A model generated the notes under the pieces. It worked only from the letters and a program-made list of their open reading frames with translations. It was not told where the DNA came from and did not search any database. A stretch of DNA of 35,718 nt from Candidatus Zambryskibacteria bacterium RIFCSPLOWO2_02_FULL_39_14. GTDB lineage: Bacteria > Patescibacteriota > Minisyncoccia > Phycocordibacterales > Zambryskibacteraceae. The stretch spans positions 1 to 35,718 of the forward strand of contig MHWM01000032.1 in NCBI GenBank assembly GCA_001824135.1, given 5' to 3'. Positions 9,918-17,852 of the stretch are shown in pieces. Both the position numbers and the translations under genes were made by a program. How positions within the stretch are numbered: the stretch's first letter is position 1; every line of letters starts with the position of its first letter.

Positions 9918-10461
9918 TTTGTTCCGTTTCAGCTGGTGTTGTTTTTATAAACTCCTCTATTTTCTTAAAAGCGGTCTTGTATTCTGGTAAATCTTCCTCT
10001 CTGGTAATACCAAGATATTCTAAAAGTTTAAGAGTTGCTTTATAACTATAACTTCTATCTCCTAAAACACCTTCTGTACGATCTATCAAACCGCGTATAA
10101 GAAGGGCACGTAGTATAAAACTAGAATTAACTCCTCGTATATGATCAATCTCTCGTCTGGAAATCGGACCTTTGTAGAGAATAATAGAAAGTGTCTCAAG
10201 TCCAGCTCGGCTAAGTTCATTCGACAATTCCTCTTTCTGCATTTTCTCAATAAACTCATTAGTACTTGGATGCGTTCCGAAACTTATAAATTCACCATTT
10301 GAAACTAAAACTATTCCCCTATTTTTATAAAAGTCTTGCAGATTATCTACAGATTTCTTTATCATCTCTAAATCTACATTAAGAAATTTAGAAAGTTCTT
10401 GAAACGAAACAGGTTCATTTTTGAAAAAAATTATCGATTCAATTTTATTTTCTAAATTCAT
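9910..10461 (-). CDS. scpB: SMC-Scp complex subunit ScpB
   Basis: IESIIF, LSRAGLETLSIILYKGPISRREIDHIRGVNS. Probable start is the ATG at 10461 (MNLENK), not 10506. Confidence 0.93.
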   Translation of the reverse strand: MNLENKIESIIFFKNEPVSFQELSKFLNVDLEMIKKSVDNLQDFYKNRGIVLVSNGEFISFGTHPSTNEFIEKMQKEELSNELSRAGLETLSIILYKGPISRREIDHIRGVNSSFILRALLIRGLIDRTEGVLGDRSYSYKATLKLLEYLGITREEDLPEYKTAFKKIEEFIKTTPAETEQNG

Positions 10462-10474
10462 TATTTTTTTATTT

Positions 10475-11218
10475 TCAGATGTAGGTGGGCGTGCCAACAA
10501 TTTCACTCTCTATTTCAATATCCCCACGATCAACTTGACTCACACGGATCGCCCCTCTTTTAACAAGTTCGAGCATAGCCAGAAATCCTATAATAATGGA
10601 AACCTTTTTCTCATAAGTCATAACTCCCTTACTGTTATGAAAGTCTTTGAAATTGAGTTTGGTGGCACGCGATACCCTCTCTGCCAATTTCTCTATCATT
10701 TCTTCAAGACTTATAACTTTTTTAACAATTACTTTAGGTAATAATTCCTTCTTAGGCAGAGCGTCTATAACTCTTTCAAGAGCAAGCAAGAGATTTACAG
10801 TATCTGTCTTTGAATCTGGAGAGAAGACCACTAATGGATTCTTTGTAGGAATTTTTTCAAAAATTATCTGTTTACCAAAAATTTTCTTCAAAGCTAGAGC
10901 CAACTCCTTAACCTTAGCATATAGAACCAGACGATCTTCTAGGTCATGAATGCTTTCTTCCTCATCTTCCGTCAATTTCAACATCGGCAAAAGCGAACGC
11001 GACTTGATAAGCATCAAAGTTGAAGCAATTACTATAAATTCAGCAGATTCACCTATGGGAAACTCTTCATGCTTATCTATGTAGCTTATAAAATCATCCG
11101 TGACTTGTGATAAAGAAACATCATTTACAAAAAGCTTTCTTTTAGTAACAAGCTCAAGAAGAAGGTCCAAAGGACCTTCAAAAACCGCTGTTTTTACCGT
11201 ATATGAACCTTCTTTCAC
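10475..11218 (-). CDS. scpA: segregation/condensation protein ScpA
   Basis: FEGPLDLLLELV, IKSRSLLP, FLAMLELVK. Adjacent to scpB. Confidence 0.94.
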   Translation of the reverse strand: MKEGSYTVKTAVFEGPLDLLLELVTKRKLFVNDVSLSQVTDDFISYIDKHEEFPIGESAEFIVIASTLMLIKSRSLLPMLKLTEDEEESIHDLEDRLVLYAKVKELALALKKIFGKQIIFEKIPTKNPLVVFSPDSKTDTVNLLLALERVIDALPKKELLPKVIVKKVISLEEMIEKLAERVSRATKLNFKDFHNSKGVMTYEKKVSIIIGFLAMLELVKRGAIRVSQVDRGDIEIESEIVGTPTYI

Positions 11219-11224
11219 CTCGAT

Positions 11225-11253
11225 ATTATAGCTTTTACAGCCTTAGTTTTCAA
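11225..11253 (-). promoter_or_regulatory. sigma70 promoter for scpA (probably leaderless)
   Basis: TTGAAA-17 nt-TATAAT, with 6 nt between the -10 and the GTG start. Confidence 0.7.
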
Positions 11254-11257
11254 TAAA

Positions 11258-12499
11258 TTATGGGTTCAATCTTTTTACATCCCTTGGTAGATACGTCGCT
11301 TCGCGGACATTTGGTAAGTCAAGAATTTTCATTATAAAGCGACCGGGGCCCACACCACCACCACCGTGCGGAGGACAACCGTAGCGGAAAAAATTTAGAT
11401 AATCTTTGAGCTGTTCAAGATCCATTTTCTTCTCTTTTGCTTGTTTTTCTAGAACTTCTATTCTATGTTCACGTTGAGCCAGAGTAGTAACTTCAATACC
11501 TCGATAAAGTAGATCAGCTCGGCGACTTCTATCAGACCCCTCTTCCAATCGCATATGATAGAAAGCACTCTTAGATTTGTGATATTCAGTAATAAACACA
11601 AATTCGTGTTTATATTCTTTTAATACATATTCAGAAATAGCTCTTTCCTCTTCTGGCGAAAGATCATGTTCTTCTCCCGACTGAACAACTTCAAGTGACT
11701 TAATAATTTTTTTAGCTTCTACTATAGTCATTCTAGGAAATGGACTTACGGGTACAGTTATATTAAGTTCTGGAAAAACTTTTTTGAGCTGTTCAAATCC
11801 AGCAATAATCATCCCCTCTTCTGCATCCATAATGTCGTTATGGTCATTGATGTAAGAAATTTCAAAATCCCAACCTGTAAACTCTGTCATGTGTCTGGTA
11901 GTAAAAGATTCTTCCGCGCGAAATACAGGAGAGACCATGAAGACTCTCTCGAACCCAGATGCTATAGCCATTTGTTTATAAAACTGTGGTGATTGAGCTA
12001 GATATGCCTTGCGGTCAAAATATTTTACTTCAAAAACTTCTGCACCACTTTCAGAAGGCATACTCATCAGAGCTGGAGGATAAAGTTGAATATATTTATT
12101 TTCGTCAAAATATTTACGCCACCCTTTTTCAAACTCTGTCCATACTTTGAAAATTTTTGCTTTCTCTGGTTTTCTAAGATCAAGCCAACGATAATCAAAC
12201 CTTATTGGTGCCTCAGTTTCTTCACTACCCTTTACTACCACAGGTATAGGAAGTTCAGCTGCAGCAACCGATAAAACTTCGATCTTAGTCGGATGCATCT
12301 CACTACCACCCGGAGCTTGGGGAGCATCTTTCATATCTCCTATCACTCTGATAACTGATTCAAGAGATAAATTTTTAGCAGTCTCAAATTCTTTATTATC
12401 TATAGTTACCACCACTTGAGTCAGGCCTTGCATATTGCGAACAATGATAAAAATAATCTTAGACTGAACTCTTAATGCATGTATAAATCCTTGTATCAT
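11258..12499 (-). CDS. aspS: aspartate--tRNA(Asp/Asn) ligase, archaeal-type, probably non-discriminating
   Basis: OB fold, RWLDLR, YLAQSPQFYKQ, FRAEES, YGCPPHGG, PRD. 413 aa with no GAD insertion. ATGA overlap with trpS. Confidence 0.9.
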   Translation of the reverse strand: MIQGFIHALRVQSKIIFIIVRNMQGLTQVVVTIDNKEFETAKNLSLESVIRVIGDMKDAPQAPGGSEMHPTKIEVLSVAAAELPIPVVVKGSEETEAPIRFDYRWLDLRKPEKAKIFKVWTEFEKGWRKYFDENKYIQLYPPALMSMPSESGAEVFEVKYFDRKAYLAQSPQFYKQMAIASGFERVFMVSPVFRAEESFTTRHMTEFTGWDFEISYINDHNDIMDAEEGMIIAGFEQLKKVFPELNITVPVSPFPRMTIVEAKKIIKSLEVVQSGEEHDLSPEEERAISEYVLKEYKHEFVFITEYHKSKSAFYHMRLEEGSDRSRRADLLYRGIEVTTLAQREHRIEVLEKQAKEKKMDLEQLKDYLNFFRYGCPPHGGGGVGPGRFIMKILDLPNVREATYLPRDVKRLNP

Positions 12500-13449
12500 G
12501 AAATTTTTAATCCGACTTTTTTCCGGATACTATCCATTTTCTTCTCAATACACTTATGTGCCACATTGCCACCTGTCTTAAGGACATCAAGTACTGCTTT
12601 CTTATCTTTCTTCAACAATTCCCTTTTTTCTCGCATGGGAGTTATAAATTTCTTAAGATCAGATGCTAATATTTCTTTAAGCTCTTTATACTGACCTTTT
12701 TTCTCTGTATAAAGATTATCTAACTCACCCTTATCACGTACAAGAGCATGTATAGCATATACATTCTCCGGTTTCTCTCCGGAAGAATCGGTTACTATAC
12801 CCATTACGGCTTTCTCTATATCTTCATCTGTGGCAAAAAGTTCTATAGTATTACCATAACTCTTACTCATTTTTTTACCATCAATACCCTGTACGGTAGC
12901 GACACTTTCCAATATAAGCGGTTCTGGCAACTTGAAAGTTTCTCCGAATATGCGATTAAATTTCTCTGCTATATCGCGAGTGATCTCAATATGTTGCTTC
13001 TGGTCTTGTCCAACCGGTACCACATCAGCATCTTGTATTAAAATATCAGCCGCCATCAAGACAGGATAGTCAAATAGTCCCACATTAGCTTCTTTACCGC
13101 TTGCCTTAGCATCTTTATATGCATGGGCGCGTTCCAGATACGGCACGGTGGTCAAGCAGTTAAATATCCAAGCAAGCTCCGTCACTTGTGGCACATCTGA
13201 TTGTTTATAAATAACCACATCTTTAGGATCCAATCCTATAGCCAAGTAGTCCAGAAGTACATCTAGAGTATTTTTCTCAAGTTCTTTCTGATTCTGGACA
13301 GTGGTCAGAGCATGCAAATCAGCGATAAATATGTAGCATTTGTAGTCATCCTGCAGTTCTACAAACTGCTTCATAGCTCCAAAATAATTACCTATATGTG
13401 GCCTGCCGGTCGGCTTAACCCCAGAAACCAGTATCTTTTTATCTGTCAT
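12496..13449 (-). CDS. trpS: tryptophan--tRNA ligase
   Basis: SGVKPTGRPHIGNYFG, YPVLMAADIL, VPVGQDQKQH, KMSKSYGN. Confidence 0.97.
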   Translation of the reverse strand: MTDKKILVSGVKPTGRPHIGNYFGAMKQFVELQDDYKCYIFIADLHALTTVQNQKELEKNTLDVLLDYLAIGLDPKDVVIYKQSDVPQVTELAWIFNCLTTVPYLERAHAYKDAKASGKEANVGLFDYPVLMAADILIQDADVVPVGQDQKQHIEITRDIAEKFNRIFGETFKLPEPLILESVATVQGIDGKKMSKSYGNTIELFATDEDIEKAVMGIVTDSSGEKPENVYAIHALVRDKGELDNLYTEKKGQYKELKEILASDLKKFITPMREKRELLKKDKKAVLDVLKTGGNVAHKCIEKKMDSIRKKVGLKIS

Positions 13450-13499
13450 ATAAGCTTTATAATATCAACAAACCTCACTAATTTAAATGCCCCAATTTC

Positions 13500-13527
13500 A
13501 TTCTCTAATTCGCGCGAATTAGGTCAT
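13500..13527. repeat. 28-bp site copy 1 (11-6-11)
   Basis: ATTCTCTAATT-CGCGCG-AATTAGGTCAT. Contains the perfect 18-bp palindrome CTAATTCGCGCGAATTAG (13505-13522). 13508-13530 is identical over 23 bp to 16274-16296. Confidence 0.9.
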
Positions 13528-13550
13528 AGAACAAAATACTTATTACACAG

Positions 13551-15440
13551 CTAATTATTTATTTTAGCTAAAATTGCTTCAGCCTTAATTACCATACTGG
13601 AGGTAGCCGGATCATCAATCTTATCCTTATTATTGTATTTCTTTACACTTAATATAAATGACTCCAGTTTTTTTATAACTAACTTTTCTGCTAATTTTAG
13701 CTTGAACTCGTGCAATTTCGGATATTTCTTACCAATTGATCTAATGAGTTCCGCTTCTTTCAAAGTTGCAAGAACAAATTTTAAATCATTGTTCAATGAT
13801 TGATATATACCTTTATTATTTATTTTTCCATCTTTGTAATACTCTTCTAGATCAATTAATAACTCATTTACTAAATCAATGATTGACGATTCTTCTAAAT
13901 CTGGTTTTGTTATTATAGGTGCACTTATTTTGACTGGTACATTTTCATAATGATTAACATCAACCACATATTCAATCTTTTCCCCTTCTACAACATTTTT
14001 TTGGACGGTAACAATATTATCATTATCATCGACAAAACTAGCCACAGCCATATGATATTCACCATCTGCGGTACCAATAAGCTCTACCTCATATTCGCCT
14101 GAAAGTCCGTCAGGGATGATTATCATTTTTACTCCATTCGGATCATTCTCGCCAGTATAAATTGCTTCGGGAATCTGATTAGAATCTTTTGTGATTATTC
14201 TGTTTTGCGGATCAGTAATCTTGACTGCCACAGGTGAAGCGAACCAGAATGTTGTTATATTGTTCGGCTCTGTCGGTGGTTCAAAATCACCAACAGGATT
14301 AGGAAGGCCAAGAGCAGAAAAAACTTCTGGAATCGCCATAGTTGGTAACCCCCCATGATTTGAGTTAATTTCCTTTTGTGTTAAGCGCTCATCAATGTCC
14401 CACTCATCAGACTGTGCTCGCACAAGAGGAATAAACACTGCAAATATTTTCTGCCAGAAATTTTGATTACTTCTAGATAACACAGGTCCTATCAAATCAA
14501 ATTCATTTAAGAAAGCACTCGAGAGTAATACCCTATTGTCACCCTCTGGATTATTGCGAATTGGATTTATTGGCTCCGGTATTCCATCAGCCCATAATTT
14601 TGTTTCTAAAGCTGGTCTCTCTACAACAGAAATATTTCCTACTGTGCCAGTGCCAGTACCTGCTATTACGGTGATACGACCAAGCTCCTTCAGATTTTGC
14701 ATACTCTCTGACTCATTAAGATTTTCTAGAAAAGGATTCGTTGCTTCAGTAAGACTACTGTATGGCTTTACATTGTCATTCGAGTCAGAAAGAAAATCAT
14801 ATGTTGGCAGTAATTCTCCTATAGAAGTGATGAACGTGTGAATGGTGTCATAGTAATCAGATGTATTAGCACTGAAAGTAGTCATAAACCAAAGTATAAA
14901 TTTTATACCGTTCTTGTCTGATTGGCTCCAATTTCCAGGAACTTCACCTCCCTCCCATAGGGTGTAAACATCTGACGACCCATAATTTGGTGTACCGAGC
15001 ATTACTAATTGATCCACATCATTTCGGTTTATATAATCTTCACTTTGTATATAGCTCCTAGACACTAGTCCTCCCATACTATGAGCAATGATATTGACTT
15101 TAGTCGAAGAGGAGTTAGCAAGAGCCCTATCTATAGTAGGAATTAAATAATTTATCGCAGAGTCCTCATTGCTTTTTCTCCAGTCATAAAAAGCAATAAA
15201 AAGATTATTGTCAAGTACATACCCCTCTTCAATTAATTCATCAATGAGTTTATCCCAAGTATGATCAGTTGAATGGAAATCCCACGTATCGGGTGTACTC
15301 CTCCCCAGCAATACCGACCAATTCCAAGAACCCATTATTCCTGGAACAAGTACTATGGGCTCTAATGTATTTGCCTGCGCATAGCTCAAAGATGGATTAA
15401 TAGAAGCAATAATTAGAAAACTAAATATTAATTTTTTCAT
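13551..15440 (-). CDS. secreted alpha/beta-hydrolase (LCAT/PGAP1-like lipase or acyltransferase) with C-terminal accessory domains
   Basis: Signal peptide ending SYA-QA, PGIMGS, YDWR, AHSMGG (S121), GTPNYGS, EGDNRV (D301), NHGGLP (H362). Followed by a beta-rich domain (SPVAVKITDP) and a helical tail. Confidence 0.85.
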   Translation of the reverse strand: MKKLIFSFLIIASINPSLSYAQANTLEPIVLVPGIMGSWNWSVLLGRSTPDTWDFHSTDHTWDKLIDELIEEGYVLDNNLFIAFYDWRKSNEDSAINYLIPTIDRALANSSSTKVNIIAHSMGGLVSRSYIQSEDYINRNDVDQLVMLGTPNYGSSDVYTLWEGGEVPGNWSQSDKNGIKFILWFMTTFSANTSDYYDTIHTFITSIGELLPTYDFLSDSNDNVKPYSSLTEATNPFLENLNESESMQNLKELGRITVIAGTGTGTVGNISVVERPALETKLWADGIPEPINPIRNNPEGDNRVLLSSAFLNEFDLIGPVLSRSNQNFWQKIFAVFIPLVRAQSDEWDIDERLTQKEINSNHGGLPTMAIPEVFSALGLPNPVGDFEPPTEPNNITTFWFASPVAVKITDPQNRIITKDSNQIPEAIYTGENDPNGVKMIIIPDGLSGEYEVELIGTADGEYHMAVASFVDDNDNIVTVQKNVVEGEKIEYVVDVNHYENVPVKISAPIITKPDLEESSIIDLVNELLIDLEEYYKDGKINNKGIYQSLNNDLKFVLATLKEAELIRSIGKKYPKLHEFKLKLAEKLVIKKLESFILSVKKYNNKDKIDDPATSSMVIKAEAILAKINN

Positions 15441-15442
15441 AA

Positions 15443-15922
15443 TTATAAATAATTATTACCAATATTGACTAGTGCCGATACAGATAGAAACATGTACAGT
15501 ATAAATAATAAAATTAAAAATATTAGTCCAAATACACCGGTAAGTGATAGGTTTAAAAAAGTAAATTTATCTCTTATTAACTTAGTGCAATAGAAAGCTA
15601 GTAACGGCCATCCAAACATTGTAATAAAGATCATTTTGAAACTTGGACCAGAAAGTACATTTCTCAACCAACCAGTATTTGTAAAACCATTATAGAGCCA
15701 CATATCAATCTTTACCAAAATCACCCATTCCCAAATAAAATAAATAGCAAAAGAAGAAACATAAGCTCCCACTACCTGCTTCCAAGAAACAGGTAAATTT
15801 TTTTTCCATTTCTTGATACCAAGATAAATGAATGGCGAGAAGACAAGCAGGATTGAGATTATAAGTACTCCCCACTCGATCACAAAGGCCAACGTCGGAT
15901 TAGGAGTCAAATACGGTTTCAT
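15443..15922 (-). CDS. hypothetical membrane protein (about 4 TM)
   Basis: 159 aa with four hydrophobic segments. Stop is 2 nt from the lipase ATG. Confidence 0.8.
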   Translation of the reverse strand: MKPYLTPNPTLAFVIEWGVLIISILLVFSPFIYLGIKKWKKNLPVSWKQVVGAYVSSFAIYFIWEWVILVKIDMWLYNGFTNTGWLRNVLSGPSFKMIFITMFGWPLLAFYCTKLIRDKFTFLNLSLTGVFGLIFLILLFILYMFLSVSALVNIGNNYL

Positions 15923-15930
15923 TAAAATAA

Positions 15931-15959
15931 ATTATACACCAGAAATATTAGACTGTCAT
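15931..15959 (-). promoter_or_regulatory. sigma70-like promoter for the membrane protein-lipase pair
   Basis: ATGACA-17 nt-TATAAT, 8 nt before the ATG at 15922. Confidence 0.6.
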
Positions 15960-15967
15960 TTTCTTTT

Positions 15968-15995
15968 ATTCTACCATTCGCGCGAATTAGACTTA
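15968..15995. repeat. 28-bp site copy 2 (11-6-11)
   Basis: ATTCTACCATT-CGCGCG-AATTAGACTTA. 15965-15990 is identical over 26 bp to 16263-16288. The last 3 nt are the arsR stop codon. Confidence 0.9.
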
Positions 15996-16259
15996 TAAAA
16001 CCCTTAAAAATCGTTTTACTATATCTGGAGCATCTTTATTAATAGAATAGAACATTTGAAGACCGCGTTGTTCTCTTTCCAGAGCATTTGCGTTTGCAAG
16101 AATATATAAATGTTTAGAAGTTGCCTTGAATGATAGCTTTATATGGTCTGCAATCTCTCCAACACTCTTTTCTTTTTCTTTCTGTAAAAAATAAACGATT
16201 AATAGGCGTCGTCTGTTGGCTAGAGCTTTTAAAATTCTTTCTAGTTCTTTTTCTTCCAT
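15993..16259 (-). CDS. ArsR/SmtB family winged-helix transcriptional regulator
   Basis: LKALANRRRLLIV, SVGEIA, LSFKATSKHL, FYSI. 88 aa, no Cys. Confidence 0.9.
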   Translation of the reverse strand: MEEKELERILKALANRRRLLIVYFLQKEKEKSVGEIADHIKLSFKATSKHLYILANANALEREQRGLQMFYSINKDAPDIVKRFLRVL

Positions 16260-16265
16260 ATCTTT

Positions 16266-16293
16266 ATTCTACCATTCGCGCGAATTAGGTCAT
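16266..16293. repeat. 28-bp site copy 3 (11-6-11), overlapping the arsR promoter
   Basis: ATTCTACCATT-CGCGCG-AATTAGGTCAT. On the minus strand the left arm reads TGGTAGAAT (extended -10), 6 nt from the arsR ATG. Confidence 0.9.
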
Positions 16294-16348
16294 AGATGGA
16301 TTGTGGGTGATAAGTGTAGCTAGTAAATTTGATTATAAGATAAGTAAT

Positions 16349-17830
16349 TTAAGCTACAGGCAACTCCATGTAGAAAGTAGAACCTTGGTTAGGACCAGCA
16401 GATTCAGCCCAAACACGGCCTTTGTGAGCCTCTACAACACCCTTGACAAAAGAGAGACCAAAACCAGTGGAATTAATATTAATCTTTAGTGAGTCTTTGT
16501 CCCTAGCTCCCTTAGTAAAGAGCTTGAGCTTAAGTTCATCAGACAAACCTGCACCAGTATCTTTAACAGAAAAAATGATTTTATTATTTAGATGTTCGAG
16601 ATTCACAATTATACCACCTTCGGAAGTATAGATGACGGAATTGTCTAATAAGTTTCTAAGTGCCTGATAAAGTTGAGCCTTGTCCCCTTTTATCCCATAA
16701 TCACCTTCGGATATATGTATTTCAAAAGATAAATTTTTTTCATTTGCTATTTTTTTCTGCTTTTCTGCAACATCCAGCACAATTTCTTTGAAATCTAGTT
16801 GCTCCATATTATATGTGTAGGAACCTTTATCTATATTTGAAGCATCTAGAAAATCTTTCACAAACCCTACACCCTCTGTCAATGACCTTAAACCTTCTTC
16901 AAGCATTGGTTTAGATTTATCTGTACAGGCCCCATAGTCTGGCTCTGTCAGAAGTTCTGAGAAAATGCTGCGAGATTTAGAAAAATAACCCTTGATCTGA
17001 TGGTTGATGATATGGAGCAAATTGGTTTGCCCCTCGTTGGCTATTTGAAGCTGATTATTTAGCCTCTCTAATGATATCGTTGATGCTCTCCATATATAAA
17101 TAATAATGATTACCAATATAGAGATGATTAGAACTAGAAAACCAATAAATATTAGAAATGGTTGCAATGTCTGTCTAGTTAAAGTAAAGAAATCCTCAGC
17201 CTTGATATCAGTTGCCAAGACTGCAACCACATTGCCAATCTCATCTCTTATCGGTGCGTAACCAGTAAGCACAGTGCCATAATCATCAGTGTACAATTCC
17301 TCACTAGTTAAAGGTCCTTTGTATGCAGCGAAGGCTTCCGGTATATCGACGGCCTCTGGGTAATCTTGCCCAGGCCACTGTAATTTATCTGGTCCATCGG
17401 GTTCTATCTTCCCATCACGATTTACATCTACATATCTTGTCTCATCATTACTTATATTCGCATAAGGATCGATAGAATCGGCGTCTACTACAAATTCTAT
17501 TTGTGTTGGGTCATCCGCCTTCTTGCGAAAAATATACATGAAGACAATATCTTTATTACTGTATTTCGCTCTATTCAATTGGGTAACAACGTGAATCCAG
17601 GCTGGCTTATGCCAATCCTCCTCGACCTTGAGCTCCTCAAGATCCTTTGCATCAACATTAGATGCTACAGTAATAGATATGGTCAACAACCTTTCTCGAA
17701 GATTGTTCGTCAGAAGGTTAACTGTATGTTGATATAAAACTTGTGAGGCAAAGATAACTATAACAATAGAAATGATGAGCAATATGATGGCAAAAGTGAC
17801 AGGACTTGTAAATTTCTTGATTCTGTTCAT
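16349..17830 (-). CDS. membrane sensor histidine kinase (Cache-like extracytoplasmic domain, HATPase_c)
   Basis: Two TM helices around a domain ending GYAPIRDEIGNVVAV. H-box HIINHQIKG, N-box NLLDNS, G1 DTGAG, G2 GFGLS, GSTF. Confidence 0.9.
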   Translation of the reverse strand: MNRIKKFTSPVTFAIILLIISIVIVIFASQVLYQHTVNLLTNNLRERLLTISITVASNVDAKDLEELKVEEDWHKPAWIHVVTQLNRAKYSNKDIVFMYIFRKKADDPTQIEFVVDADSIDPYANISNDETRYVDVNRDGKIEPDGPDKLQWPGQDYPEAVDIPEAFAAYKGPLTSEELYTDDYGTVLTGYAPIRDEIGNVVAVLATDIKAEDFFTLTRQTLQPFLIFIGFLVLIISILVIIIIYIWRASTISLERLNNQLQIANEGQTNLLHIINHQIKGYFSKSRSIFSELLTEPDYGACTDKSKPMLEEGLRSLTEGVGFVKDFLDASNIDKGSYTYNMEQLDFKEIVLDVAEKQKKIANEKNLSFEIHISEGDYGIKGDKAQLYQALRNLLDNSVIYTSEGGIIVNLEHLNNKIIFSVKDTGAGLSDELKLKLFTKGARDKDSLKININSTGFGLSFVKGVVEAHKGRVWAESAGPNQGSTFYMELPVA

Positions 17831-17852
17831 CTTTTTATCCTATATAAGAATA

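Noticed and set aside
11908..11924. Fourth copy of the motif (ATTCTTCCGCGCGAAAT)
   Set aside because: It lies inside the conserved aspS FRAEES motif and the arms do not match.
12496..12535. Programmed -1 frameshift fusing TrpRS to AspRS
   Set aside because: The A-runs are not in canonical X XXY YYZ phase, no stimulatory hairpin was seen, and the ATGA overlap explains the junction.
13450..13550. T-box riboswitch upstream of trpS (also checked for alaS)
   Set aside because: The leaders are too short and lack the T-box consensus.
13500..16296. Repeats as a CRISPR array or integron attC sites
   Set aside because: Intervals are about 2.4 kb and 0.27 kb and contain whole genes. No cas or intI gene is present and there are no RYYYAAC/GTTRRRY boxes.
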